Shown: positions 1 to 17,230, numbered from the stretch's first letter. The stretch: DNA of 64,000 nt from the human T2T-CHM13v2.0 reference genome, Homo sapiens (GCF_009914755.1 NC_060926.1); one strand, 5' to 3'. Translations and numbers: made by a program. Notes: generated by a model not told the origin, from the sequence alone.

Positions 1-501
1 TGGGAATGTCTGGGCCTTGAATTCAAGTCCTCTCAGTTGCATAGTCAGCTTCTGCTATTGGAGTATCAGGCACCTAGGCTGGTTAGAGTTGTAGGAGGGG
101 AGAGTGATAGTTTCAGGGCCTGCACCATTGCTTGGTGGAGAAACCAACACTTGAAAACAATACCACCTATGACAACCTATCCTGCTTGTCCCATGGTCTG
201 GATTTCACACTGCTTCCTCTAAAAAAATTTTGTTTTTCATCACAATACTAACAACCACTGGGAAATTGTTGACTAGGCACTATTTGTGGAGAATACACTC
301 AGGGGAGCAATAGCTACACACATCTACTAACTTTTACAGTTTCTGTAACTGCTTGTGAAAAGTCATTTAACTTCCCTAAGCCTCAGTTTCCCCATTTATT
401 AAATAGGAATAACAATGAAAACCAGATGAGACAATGGATTTGAAAGCATATGACAAATTGTAAAATATTGCCAATGATTTAGAAAATAGTGTCATATATA
501 T

Positions 502-1313
502 TGTTAAAGAAAAAATTATCACACTTGTTAAAGTGGTAAGGAAGACTGTTCAGAGAGGGCCATGGTGATAGGAATAGGGATCATTGCAATGGGGTTTTGC
601 AGTGGGGAAGAGAGATTGTACTCAACTCTGACTCCAAAAAGGACGAATGGGGATTTACAACCTAGGAGTGGGGTCAGGGGCAGTGGATGGAAAATTACTA
701 AGAGGAAACACCAAGGATAAGAGGTTTCTGGCTAAACTGACTTGGTAGAGTTATCACTGAAGGATGACCAAGGTGTTCAGATACCAAGGGTGGGAGATAT
801 TCACTAAAGTGACTCAGGAGGATTCTTGATCAAACTGGATTCTATAAGGACAAAAAGGGAAGCCCGAGGTTGGACCTAGTAAAACAAAAGACTCAGAGAA
901 GACTGACTATAATTTTGGTAAAAGGGGAGAGTGTATTAGTTTGTTCTCACACTGCTATACAGAATTACCTGAGACTGGGTAATTTATGAAGAAAAGAGGT
1001 TTAATTGACTCACACTTCCACAGACTGTACAGGAAGCATGGCTAGTAGGTCTCAGGAAACTTACAACCATGGCGGAAGGCAAAGGGGAAGCAAGCACATC
1101 TTACCATCGTGGAGCAAGAGAGAGAGTGAAGGGGGAAGTGCCATACACTTTCAAATAACCAGATCTCACTCATTATCCCAAGAACAGTAAGGGGGAAGTT
1201 CAACCCCATGATTCCATCACTTCCTACCAGGCCCTTCCCCTGACACATTGGGATTACAATTTGAGATGAGATTTGGATGGGGACACAGAGCCAAACCATA
1301 TCAGTCTTTGTCA
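502..1313 (-). mobile_element. ERV1-class LTR (MER31/MER67-like), interrupted by an MSTA-like LTR
   Basis: Ends read TGACAAAGAC...CTTTAACA on the minus strand. Subfamily from recalled consensus. Confidence 0.55.
932..1303 (-). mobile_element. MaLR LTR (MSTA-like)
   Basis: tgtattagtttgttctcacactgct...ccaaaccatatca, the typical MST/THE1 termini. Confidence 0.85.
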
Positions 1314-1380
1314 ATATTTTAATAAATGCTAAAGATGATAAGATTAATAGCCTTGGTACACCAATTAATAATATGTTTCT

Positions 1381-3990
1381 AGAATTGAAAGCAAAAATCA
1401 TATGATCATCTCAATACAGGCAGAAAAAGCTTTTGACAAAATCCAACATCCCTTCATGATAAAAACTCTCAACAGACTGGGCATCAAAGGAACATATGTC
1501 AAAATAATAAAAGCTATCTATGACAAACCCATAGCCAATATCATACTGAATGGGCAAAAGCTGGAACTATTCCCCTTGAGAACTGAAACAAGACAAGGAT
1601 GCTCTCTCTTGCCACTCCTATTCAACATAGTATTGGAAGTCCTAACCAAAGCAATCAGGCAAGATAAAGAAATAAAAGGCATCTGTATTAGTCTGTTCTC
1701 ATGCTGCTAATAAAGACATACCTGAGCCTGAGTAATTTATAAAGGAAAGACGTTCCTTTATAAAGCCACAGTTCCATATGGCTGGGGAGGCTTCACAATG
1801 ATGGCTGAAGGCAAATAAGGAGCAAAGTCACATCTTACAGGGCGGCAAGCAAGAGAGAGCTTGTGCAGGGGAACTCCCATTTATAAAACCATCAGATCTC
1901 ATGAGACTTATTCACTACTATGAGAGCAGTATGGCACAAACTGGCCCCATGATTCAATTATCTCTACCTGGCCCCACCCTTGACACATGGGGATTATTAC
2001 AACTCAAGGTGAGATTTGAGTGGGGATGCAGCCAAACGATATTAGCGTCCAATTAGGAAAAGAAGTCAAACTATTTCTCTTCACTGATGATACAATTCTA
2101 TACTTACAAAACCCTGAAGACTCCTCCAAAGGCTACTAGAATTGATGCATGATTTCAGCAGGGTTTCAGGATAGAAAATCAATATACAAAAAACAGTAGC
2201 ATTTCTGTACACCAATAACGTCCAGGCTGAGAGTAAAATCAAGAACATGACCCCATTTACAATAGCCACAAAGAAAATGAAATACCTGTGAATACAGCTA
2301 ACCAAGGAGGTAAAATATCTTTATAAGGGAAACTACAAAACACTACTGAAAGAAATCAGAGATGACACAAATAAATGGAAAAATATTCTATGATCATGGA
2401 TTAGAAGAAACAATATTGTTAAAATGGCCATACTGCCCAAAACAATTTACAGATTCAATGCTATTCCTATCAAGCTACCAATGTCATTCTTTACAGAATT
2501 AGAAAAAAAGTATTCTAAAATTCATATGGAACCAAAAAAAAAAAAAAAAAAGCCCAAATAGCCAAAGCAATCCTAAGCAAAAAGAACAAAGCCAGAAGCA
2601 TCACACTACTCAATTTCAAACCATATATACTATTAGGCTACAGTAACCAAAATATCATGGTACAGGTAGGAAAACAGACACATAGACCAGTGGAACAGTA
2701 CAAAAAACTCAGAAATAAAGTTGCACACCTACAATCATCTGATCTCCAACAAGACTGACAAAAACAAGCAATGGGAAAAGCACTCCCTAGTCAACAAATG
2801 GTTCTAGGATAACTGGCTAGCCATATGCAGAAGATTGAAACTGGACCCTTACCTTTTACCATATAAAAAAGTAACTCAAGAAGGATTAAAGATTTAAATG
2901 TAAGACCCCAAAATATAAAATTCTAGAAGAAAATCTAGGAAATACCTTTTTCAACATTGGCTTTGGCAAAGAATTTTGGCTAAGTCCCCAAAAGCAATTG
3001 CAACAAAAACAAATATTGACAAGTGGGACCTAATTAAACTAAAGAGCTTCTGCACAGCAAAAGCAACTATTAACAAAGTAAACAGAAAACCTACAGAATG
3101 GGAGAAATTATTTGCAAATTATGCATCTGACAAATGTCTAATATCCACAATCTATAAGGAACTTAAACAGTTCAACAAGCAGAAAAAAAAAATCCCATTA
3201 AAAAATGGGCAAAGGATATGAACAGACATTTCTCAAAAGAAGACATACAAGTGACCAACAAATGCTCATTACTACTCTTCAGAAAAATGCAAATCAAAAC
3301 CACAGTGAGATACAATCTCACACTAGTCAGAATGGCTCTTATCAAAAAGCCAAGAAACAACAGATGCTGGTAAGGCTGTGGAGAAAAGGGAACACTTATA
3401 TACTGTTGGTGGGATGTAAACTAGCTCAGCCACTGTGGAAAGCAGTTTAGACACTTCTCAAGGAACCTAAAACAGAGCTACCATTCAACCCAGCAATCCC
3501 ATTACTGGGTATGTTCCCAAAGGAAAATAGACCATCATACCAAAAAGACACACTTGCACACTCATATGTTCATCACCTTGCTATTCATGATAGCAAAGAC
3601 ATGGAATCAACCTAGGTGCCCATAAATGGTGTATTGGATAAAATATGTGGTACATATACACTATGCAATACTACACAGCCATAAAAAGAATAAAATTCTT
3701 TCCATTGCAGCAACATGGATGGGACTGGAGGCCATAATCTCAAGGGAACAGAAAACCATATCCCACATGCTCTTACTTATAAGTGGGAGCTAAACCTTGA
3801 GCACACATGGACATAAACATGGGAACAATAGACACTGTGGACTACTAGAGGGGGTAGGGAGGAAGGGGTGCGTGGACTGAAAAACCACCTGTTGGGTATT
3901 ATGCTCACTACCTGGGTGCAATATACCTATGTAACAAAGCTGTACATATACCCCCTGTATCTAAAATAAAAGTTGAAATTTTAAAAAAAT
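1381..3990 (+). mobile_element. 5'-truncated L1 (L1PB-type): ORF2 RT/C-terminal remnant plus 3' UTR
   Basis: ORFs [23 protein letters not shown]... and [27 protein letters not shown] are L1 ORF2. A-rich tail. TSD atatgtttct at 1371-1380 and 4000-4009. Confidence 0.95.
1684..2044 (-). mobile_element. THE1 MaLR solo LTR nested in the L1
   Basis: tgtattagtctgttctcatgctgctaataaagacatacc...; 5-bp TSD gcatc/gcgtc; L1 ORF2 resumes after it. Confidence 0.88.
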
Positions 3991-4014
3991 TTTTAAAATA
4001 TATGTTTCTGTGCA

Positions 4015-4509
4015 TTTTTTTTTTTTTTAAGTAGAGACAGTGTCTCTCTGTGTTGGGCTGGGATCAAACTCCTGGCCTTAAGTGACTTACCTGCCTCGGC
4101 CTCCCAAAGTGCTAGTATTATAGGCGTGAGCCACTATGGCTGGCCTGTTTCTGGGCTCTGTCATACTGCCTACACTTTTGTTTATGGTATAGAGACTAAA
4201 TGTGATCAATGGATAATTTTATTTTTTTTTCTTTTGAGAGAGGGTCTCACTCTGTTGTCCATGCTGGAGTGCAGTGGCACAATCAAAGCTCAGCCTTGAC
4301 CTCCTGAGCTCAAACGGTCCTTCCATCTAGCCTCCCGAGTACCTGGGAATACAGGCATGCACCACCACCACACCCAGCTAATTTTTATTTTTATTTTTTG
4401 TTGAGATGGGGTTTTACCATTTGCCTAGGCTGATCTCAAACTCCTGGGTCTCGCCCTCCTTGGCCTCCCAAAGTGTCGAGATTACAGCTGTGAGTCACAA
4501 CTCCTGGCC
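4015..4509 (-). mobile_element. FLAM/Alu monomer (4015-4145) and AluJ (4217-4509)
   Basis: Alu consensus motifs with poly-T heads. Confidence 0.85.
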
Positions 4510-4614
4510 GGATAATTTCGTATATTGGAACACTTTTGTTTAATTTAGCAAAGAACTGCTGTTTGGTAATTTTGATATCACAGTCAATGATGACTATGAG
4601 GAAGAGTAACCTAA

Positions 4615-4821
4615 GTGGGGACTGTGCAGTCTGAGCAGATGGAGTTGTTGATGTGCTGGTGGTTGATGTATCCGCTCCAGCAGAGCATCCAGCCCTTGCT
4701 GTCCACCTGTATACACCAGGTTGCCGCAGCTGAAGCAGGACTGCAGATCACAGTGGTCACTGTTGCACTCACAGTGGTCATTTGCAATGGAATATGCCAA
4801 TAGCAGGGAAATCCTCCCCAG
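4615..4821 (-). pseudogene. Decayed gamma-crystallin gene fragment (exon 1/exon 2 equivalent)
   Basis: Minus strand gives HCECNSDHCDLQSCFSCGN, then after a frameshift IQVDSKGWML, then NNSICS...VP. Compare gamma-crystallin [30 protein letters not shown]...DSxRSCRLIPH. Confidence 0.8.
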
Positions 4822-7589
4822 AATATGTTACCATGAGTTCATGACAAGCCCCTGTTCTAAACTCATCTCACTGTGGCCAGAGGACTGAGGATGCAAAAGC
4901 CAGGGTTGTTCATCAGCTGTAACAGAGACTTGGGAGAGAGAGAGAGAGAGAGACAGAGAGAGAGAGAGCTTGAGCATATTTTAACTTTTATCCTTCATTG
5001 TGTTATAGCTGTGTATCCTTTCTATAATAGCGCTTTGGAGGTCTTTGACGCATTGGAAAAGGAAGGTCAATATATAAAGAAGAAGTTAGAAAAAAATGTC
5101 CTCATCCTCACTGTTTTATTGAATTCTTATGGTTAAGTACAGAAGCAGTGAGAGTAGACAAAATTCACTCTGGAAACTGTGGGTATATCGATTTAAATTT
5201 TGGCAGCCAAGAAGGGCAAACCAGGGAGAACGTTTTTCTTATTTTGCCTTCTAGATTCAGAGTGTCCATGAAAATTTGGGCCTACGGATGGGAGTTGTTC
5301 CCTAAGCCTAGAACACCTTCCCTTCCCCTAAAGCTTGCCAGATCCTGCCCAATATTCAAGGCCGTCCAGGGTCCTCTTCTTAGGAAATCGCTTCTCAGAT
5401 CCAGCCCTTACTCCTCTCTCCCTTCTCTGAACATCAGCATCACCTCATTATTGCTCAGCTTCTTTTAAATATTGTCTTCCTCATGCAGTTTCTCCTTTTC
5501 CAGGTTTATTCTCTTCAAAAGGTTTTTAAGCTCAAGGATAAGGATCATGCCACACTTCTCTATTCCCGATAATGACTTATTAATTAATTGGACAGATAAA
5601 TAGAGCCCTGGTGATTCCTATTCTATTCTGGAAAACAATTACTCTCTCATATGAGGTCACCCCATGTCAAGTTCAAAGACACAGAAGCCACATGTGTTCA
5701 GATATAGGCTTTCTCCTGCTCACTCCTCTACCACATCCACTGCTTCTGATACCCTCCCTTCAGTTCTTTCCAGTCTCTGGTGACCTGGGAAGCCTGAAGG
5801 TAAATAAAAATGACACAGAAGCCTGGCTAGCTGGTGTAGATAGATCATGGGGCGACGTCCCTGGGAGGTGGAAGGAGGTACCTTGGATGGGTAAGCACAC
5901 AACCAGGGCCGTCAGAGTAAGGCCTCAGAACTTACCTCGCATGGCTAATGTAGAGGGACAGGAGAGATGGGCTGACCAAGAGTGTGAAAATGAAAAAGAA
6001 AAGGTGATAAGCAGCATTTTTGTGAAGGGAAATGATGAAAGAGATTCCCAGCCACTTCCTTGTATTTTGGAAGATGGATGGGTCCATGGAAAGAGACATT
6101 GGGTCTTGAATGCAGCAAAACGTGCTTTGTTGGCTGATAATATCTCTTTGTGTCATCAGAATGGGGAGTGAAGACAATGCCGGAGCCTTTTATCCGAGGA
6201 TTTGAATACTGAGTTTAACTCTAAAGTTATACACAAGCTTTTTTCCTTTAAAAATAAGTGCAAAACTTTTCCTTAAAAAATACAGGCCTTATTTAAATCA
6301 GAAAAATTCACCCATTTAAGGTCCTCTAGAATGGTTAATACAAGCTTGTATATCAAAATATTTGAATGGATCTAACAAAACCCTGACTTTTTCCAAAAAC
6401 AGTCATTCATTTAGAAGCCATTAAAGTTAACTGAGGTCTTTTAGAGGCCTCAGTGGGAAACTTCATTACCCTCTCTCCCCTCCCCACACACAAATATTAT
6501 AGCTTATAATCTGATTTTTCCTGTAGCTTTTGCAGACTTCTTTTCCTGGCTCTCTGGTAACCAGCTACATGTCTTCCACATGAAGCCTCCTGAGTTCATC
6601 AGTACATCATTGCATCATTGACATGACCCTGCTGAACTATGCCACGTCTGCCTTTGCTTAAGTGGGTAGGACTGAACCTGCAGCAAACTTTGGAGCACTC
6701 ATTTGGGTCACAATGATAAAAATAATAATACTTAATAATAGCCTACTGTGTCATGAGTGTCTAGTATGTTCCAGACGTTGTACCAGGAATCTTATACAAG
6801 CTGCAACATGTAGCCAACTCAGTCCAATTAACACCAGGACTACCCCTAATATTTGAAAGATATTATGCCTAGAGCATAAATAGAGCCCCTCCCTACTCCA
6901 TGAAGTACCCTCCTTTCTCCCCACTCTCTCACATGTCCAAGTTCTATCCATATGACCCCTCCTCAAACAGCAGCCTGTGGCTATCAGCGTGCCCGGGAGG
7001 ATAGGTCTGGGGAAGACTCCCTCTTAAGTCTTGGAAGTGATCCTGGGTCTAAGTGGAGGGAATTTTGAAGATCCAGGTATAAAGAGTGTGGTCTAGAAGG
7101 AGAGGTGTGGGGATGTCCCATGGCCCCACAAATTCCTGCCCCACTGGGAAGAGTTCAGCTACAGGAAACCAGAGGGAAGTTCTCTGAAGCACCCAGTCCA
7201 GTCTGGGGGTCCTGGTCCACCAACGCTAATCACAGTACTGATCACTAGGGAGAAAAGAATCCGAAAGTTACACATAGCTAGTGAGTGAAAGAACTGGGAA
7301 TAGAACTCAAGTCCATCTACCTCAAGGCCTAAGCTAATTGTCTCTTCATACACTGATGGTTTGTTTTAGATGTTATCTCTTCAGGTGTGCATATCTTATA
7401 TCTTCTCTAAATTATACACTTGTCATAGTAGTTCCTTTGTCATGCTTTTTTTTTTTGAATTTCCACAAAGTCTGCACCCAAATAACCTGTTCAATCCCTA
7501 TGAATTCTGTGCATCTTGGGCTTTAACAGGAATTCCAATATATTCTAGTGGATTGGCCAATTTATTAATTGGTGGAAGGCTGATTTCTT

Positions 7590-7913
7590 TTCTCTTCCTT
7601 TTCTTTTGTTTTGTTTTATTTTGTTTTTTGAGACAGGGTCTTGCTCTGTCATTCAGGCTAGAGTATAGTGGCATGACCACAGCTCACTGCAACCTCTACT
7701 TCCTGGGCTCAAGCGGTCCTCCCACCACAGCCTCCTGTGTAGCTGGGACTACAGGTGTGTGCCACCACACTCGACTAATTTTTTGTATTTTTTGTTAGAG
7801 ACAGGGTTTTGCCATGTTCCCCAGGCTGGTCTCAAATTCCTGGGCTCAAGCAATCTACCAGCCTCAGGCTCCCAAAGTGTTAGGATTACAGGCATCAGCC
7901 ACTGCATCTGGCC
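7590..7913 (-). mobile_element. AluJ
   Basis: Alu consensus with J-type diagnostic positions. Confidence 0.85.
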
Positions 7914-7914
7914 C

Positions 7915-9570
<1,656 letters not shown>

Positions 9571-10379
9571 TTTTGTTTCATAAAGAACTCCACTAACGTA
9601 AAATTCATATACAAAGAACGTGCAGCTCTATTATAGTGGAAAAAAATCACAGAGATATGTAGGATAGCAAACATTAATCACTCACTCTGCATATAGTTGA
9701 GTCCTTTATTTTTATTTTTATTATTATTATTTTTTTAAAAGAGACACGGTCTCACGTTGTCGCCCAGGCTGGTAGTGTTGATCTCCTGGGCTAAAGCAAT
9801 CCATCCACTGTGGCCTCCCAAAATGCTGGGATTATAGGCGTGAGCCACTGTGCCCAGCCAGAGTCTTCAGTAATTTAGTCTTGATAAAAATTCATACTGG
9901 AGTCCAACAGAAGGTGACCACATTGTGATACTGAATTTTAGAAGACACTGTGGATATATTAAATTCTTACATTTGTATAATAATTTAAAGGTAACAAAAT
10001 TTGCTCACAATCTTTTCCCATCATTTCATTGTGATTATCCTGGGATTTAGTGAAGCAAGAATTTATTATTACTTACAGTTTTCAGTAAGGTAATTTAGGC
10101 ACAGAGATGGTACAAAGTGACGTGCTCAAAGAGATAAGCTAGGAAGTGGGGTAACCAACCATTTGGGTTCACCTGACACTGAGGGGCTTTCTGGGATAGA
10201 AGACTTCAAGTGCTAAAATTGGGAGAGTCCCTGGAAAATTGGGCTGGGTTGGTTACTCTACTAGTAAGTAGCAGAGGTAGGCTGTTTAACTCTTGGTTTA
10301 ACACTTTTGCTACCAGATTGCCTAGTGAAGCAGGCTTGCCCTTCTCCACGTGGAAGTTCTCTTTAGAGCTCCTCTCTTC

Positions 10380-11044
<665 letters not shown>

Positions 11045-11144
11045 CTGTCATGGCAATAAACAAAAGAACAAAAATAAACAGCATGCATCCTTGGGTGTCA
11101 ACGAAAGTGACACAATCAGTCTGCATCTTCATGAAGCATGGCTT

Positions 11145-12843
<1,699 letters not shown>

Positions 12844-13189
12844 TTATCTAGATAAACTAGATAGACTTTTCTTTTTTTTCTTTCTTTCTTTTTTTTTTTT
12901 TTACTACTGAATAAGGTGACTTTTATGTAGAAATTAGGGATCACCTAGATGTTACCAAGTTTAATTTAAAGGCTATGTTGTGATTTCCCATGCCCTAAAA
13001 TGATGTCCTTAAGTAAGAAAAATAGAGATTATTGTTACTTTTTTTTTTTATATATGTTTGAGGGTCAGGCCTTGCTATTCTTACTGTGAACACTCATCCT
13101 GTGTTGGAACAAACTGACTTTTATAAACAGGAATTGATGGCCATGGATCATTGATGCTTTCACATCAGTCAAGTTGAAGCAAGACTCAC

Positions 13190-13432
13190 ATGAGGAATTA
13201 TACGGCAGGATTGGACCGAGTCGCTGAGGCCCATCCAGTGCTGATAGTCGGGGTACTTGCCTCGGCGCAGGAAGTACTGGTGGCCCTGGTAATTGGGACG
13301 CTCATAGAGCATCCAGCAGCCGCTGTCTACTCGGATGGAGTTGCAGCGGCTGAAGTAGACCCGCAGGTTGGGGCAGTCACTGATGCAATTGTAGCAGCGA
13401 CCCTGAAAGTCTCGGTCCTCGTAGAAGGTGAT
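13190..13432 (-). CDS. CRYGA: Gamma-crystallin A, exon 2 (Greek key motifs 1-2)
   Basis: cag|ATC ACC TTC TAC GAG GAC...CCT CAT|gtgagt; 243 nt. Translates [81 protein letters not shown]. Confidence 0.98.
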
Positions 13433-13533
13433 CTGAGGTAGAAATAAGGTGACAGTAGACAGTCAGCTGGAAGGAACATCCCCACACACCACAGACCCCC
13501 AATAGACATGGCACAGCACCTCCACAGGCTCAC

Positions 13534-13542
13534 CTTCCCCAT
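13534..13542 (-). CDS. CRYGA: Gamma-crystallin A, exon 1 coding part (Met-Gly-Lys)
   Basis: Minus strand reads ACC ATG GGG AAG|GTGAG. A 9-nt first coding exon followed by a ~100-nt intron is the conserved gamma-crystallin layout. Confidence 0.96.
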
Positions 13543-13598
13543 GGTTGTTGACAGAGGGTGATTAGCATCTAGTATGATAGGGACAAAGGGGCAACTGG

Positions 13599-13644
13599 TA
13601 TATATAGCAGGGAAGCTGCTGTGTTGGCAAAAACAACACAAAAG
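13599..13644 (-). promoter_or_regulatory. CRYGA: CRYGA lens promoter: TATA box, Maf response element and SOX site
   Basis: Minus strand: CTTTTGT (13638-13644, SOX), TGCCAACACAGCA (13617-13629, the MARE conserved in gamma-crystallin promoters), CTATATATA (13599-13607). Order and spacing match known gamma-crystallin promoters. Confidence 0.85.
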
Positions 13645-15341
13645 GGACCTGGGGGTGGTGCGTAGGGGGATTTCTGTATTCTCTTTTTTTTTTCATTTGA
13701 GATCATGGGGCAGTGGGCTCTCTCTCTTTCTGGCATTTTCGAGTTGTCCTCACTAGCTCCAGTGAAAGGTATTAAAGTCAGCAGAGCCATTATGACCTTG
13801 GAGACAAAGGGCACACTTCTCATCCTATGCAGCTCACTAGAAATGCATTACATGCCCAGCATTCTGCAATGTTTGCCTATGGAAACTGCTGAGATGGAGG
13901 TTGGTGGTTCCATCTGAGGTCACTTATGAGAACACATGCGTTCCAGAAGGACTTGAAGTGTGAAGAGGCAACAAAAAAAATCCCAGACAGAAAATCCTCT
14001 AATTGAAAGACAATTATATTTCTTAAGTGACTTCATCAGTATGATAGGGTTTTGATAAAAATATTTTGCCTATATTTATGTAGGGAAAACATAAGATTAG
14101 AAGTGTGTACTATACCAACATATCAATCATGGTAATCAATGAATGGCAAGATTATAGATCTTAGCTTTATGTTGTTATATTTTGTTTTTTGCTGCTGTTT
14201 TCTTAATTTTCTATTATATCTGCCATCTTCAGCCAGACAGAAAAAAAAAATTCGATTATAAATATAACAATTTCATGAGATGAAAAAATAATAAAATCAA
14301 TCTTTAAATGTATGACTTTGAGGTGCTGGTGAAAAGCAGTAAATACTGGAAGCAGGTATATTTAATCAAGAGATTAAACACTTCTTGAGCTAAAAATAAA
14401 AAGATACCCTGAGAATCTGTGAGAGGCTCGAAGAGCAGAAAAATACACAGGAACCTTTCACTCCCCTCCCCCTGCCACCCTCCTTCAAGCATTGCTTTTA
14501 TTTTTTAAAATTAGCGTGATGATTTGCCTGTGTTTTTCCTTTCAATAGTATCACTGTTTCATTGAACCCAAGTGACTGCCTAACAGCCTTCTCCATTGCT
14601 GCCAACTTATTGATTTAGAAGTACTCCTCAGATGTGCAAGTGTGGAGGAAGACTCCAAACCCCAGACTGTCTTTTGTCATTCCACATGTATGTAGGAAGA
14701 TGAAATCAAACACCTTTGTGCTTTAGACCCACCGAGGGATTCTAAAAGAGTATTTGACCACAGCTAGCAACACATTCACAATGTCATTTGTGAAAATCCT
14801 CAGGCAGCATGTAAGGCAAACGCGCAGGTGGTAAAAGGAGAGACAGCAGCAGCTACCGAGAAAAAAATGTTTCCTCATAACTAGCAGAGCTAGGCAAAAG
14901 AAAACTGGGTGAAGTCCTATGAAGCTAAACACCTAGCAGTGCATGCAGGGACCGCAAGTTGCTGATTCCCTCCTTTGCCTCCCCCTAATTAGCTGCAGGC
15001 TTACTGGTAAATCTTAGAACCATAATCAAACCCAGTGTGGAAAACGCTGCATTGGTCTCCCAGCCCCACATGAGAATATACCACCATTTTCAGAAAAAGT
15101 CTACAATCTCCATCTGTGTTTTTGTACATGCTGATGAAAACTGTTCTGTAGACAGATGGCACACCAAAACCTTAAGAAATGTATTATGTGTACTGACATT
15201 CATGTGATCAAGTTGTTATTACATACATTGATAGGCTAAGCCATGTGCCTAATCAGCATTTTGGAAAGGTACTAAAAGACCAGAACATCTTCCCTCCTAG
15301 TAGTCATTATAGACTACTGAGAGAAAGCCTGTATTCATTTT

Positions 15342-15355
15342 TTTAATGCTTTATT
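15342..15355 (-). terminator. C2orf80: C2orf80 polyadenylation signals (AATAAA 15350-15355, ATTAAA 15342-15347; extra AATAAA 15418-15423)
   Basis: tttatt and tttaat on the + strand, ~440 nt past the stop codon. Confidence 0.65.
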
Positions 15356-15794
15356 GAAATGATTTAAACATTCTTTTCATATGAGAACACAGTAAAGGCA
15401 ATCAATGACAGATTAATTTTATTTTGGATTAACTCTTTGGAAATCTGCCTCCCACTCCATCACTGTGCAATATTCAATGCCACACATTTGTAAAATGTGC
15501 TACAAAGCCAGCTTGCTCTAACACAGAAATACTATATACTTTCTGAATTCTCCAGCAGTCTTCCAGTCACAATGAAGTAGCATAAGGTCACAGTTTTTTT
15601 TTTTTAAGAAAATGTAGCCATGCAATATGCTTCTAAAAGAAGAAAGCTCAACATCAAAAATAACACTTCAGTGCAGTTGTACCAAAAACAGTTGTAAAGA
15701 AAAATGTACTGGCAAGAGCTGTGGTTTTAAGATGATGCTTCTCGTCTGCTCCCAGAGAATCTATTATGAAGTTCCATGGTACAATTCCAATTTT

Positions 15795-15803
15795 CTAAGT
15801 GAC
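15795..15803 (-). CDS. C2orf80: C2orf80 last exon coding part (Val-Thr-stop); 3' UTR runs to ~15330
   Basis: ttctgcag|GTC ACT TAG. All splice phases are consistent and give a 193-aa protein. Confidence 0.85.
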   Translation of the reverse strand, partial: VT

Positions 15804-16642
15804 CTGCAGAATAAAAGATGATTTTGGTATCAAGCGCATCAATTTAACATGGACACAGACATTACTTTAAGTCTATAGGAAGTTAAGGTCAAATATCAGA
15901 TACTAACTTACTGACAAAGATAGATTAGATTAATGTAATTACAAAGGAATTTTCATGGAATTATTCTGATATATTTGGAAATTGAGTTATATTTCCCAAC
16001 TAAATGCAATATGTGATCCCATACTGGATCTTATACAGAAGGAAAAAAATGCTTAAAAAGAACATTATTGGGTCAATTGACAAAATTGGTGTATAGAGAG
16101 TACATTAAATAAAAGTACCAATAATAGATATTCTGAAGTTGATAACTATTCTATGGTTATTTAAGAGAATTACTTTGTTCTTAAGAAATACACACAGAGG
16201 TACATAGAGTAAAGTGGTAGAGTATATATACATAACTTCTAATGGCTCAGAAAAAAATTATATATCTTTATCTATATACAGAGAGACAAAGACAGAATAT
16301 AATAAAGCTAACAGAACAAAACATTAACCATTCGTGACTGTATAAAAGGAATACGTGGGTTCTTTGTATATTATTCTTGCAAATTTTCTCTAAGTTTGAA
16401 ATTATTTTTACATTAAAAAGTTATACTTCTCTTAACCAATCCTACCCAAAGCAAATCAGTTTTTGGCCTTTTAGCAGTTATGTATTATGCTTGTAGGATA
16501 TTATTTTGAATTTCTGATGTATTGCTTTGGATTTAAATTTAAATTGTCCTCTCTCTATGTCTCATTTCCTTTCATGATAGCATGAATTTCTCATGAGTGG
16601 TGATAAAGAGAGCGATTATATTATTGCTTGCCACTGTCCTGA

Positions 16643-16936
<294 letters not shown>

Positions 16937-17230
16937 CTGTCCTGACACTTTTCTAAGCCTTTACACATATAACTTATTTAATGCTTATAACAACCCTATG
17001 AGGTAGGTACTATTATGACTTTTTAAAGAGATGAAAAACTAAAAGCACAGAGAGATTAGGTAACTCACTCAAGTTATTAAGTGGGTAGCCTGGATTCAAG
17101 AAGTGTGCTGTATTCTAGCTCTTTAGTATGGTCGTGTTCATTCCAAATTTACTTCCTAGTAATGTGCCCACTACTGACGCTTTCCTAGGACAATGCAATT
17201 TTAAAAAAAAATCTTTAAAACTGTTTCCTA

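Noticed and set aside
1402-3450. L1 ORF2-like ORFs as an active element
   Set aside because: 5'-truncated, interrupted by THE1, with multiple stops.
4800-4810. atagcagggaa identical to sequence beside the CRYGA TATA box
   Set aside because: Short match with no TATA or MARE context; the same bases fit better as the Ile-Ser-Leu codons of the relic.
5611-6171. Longest non-repeat ORF (186 aa)
   Set aside because: GTG start, no recognisable domain, no supporting splice pattern; consistent with chance.
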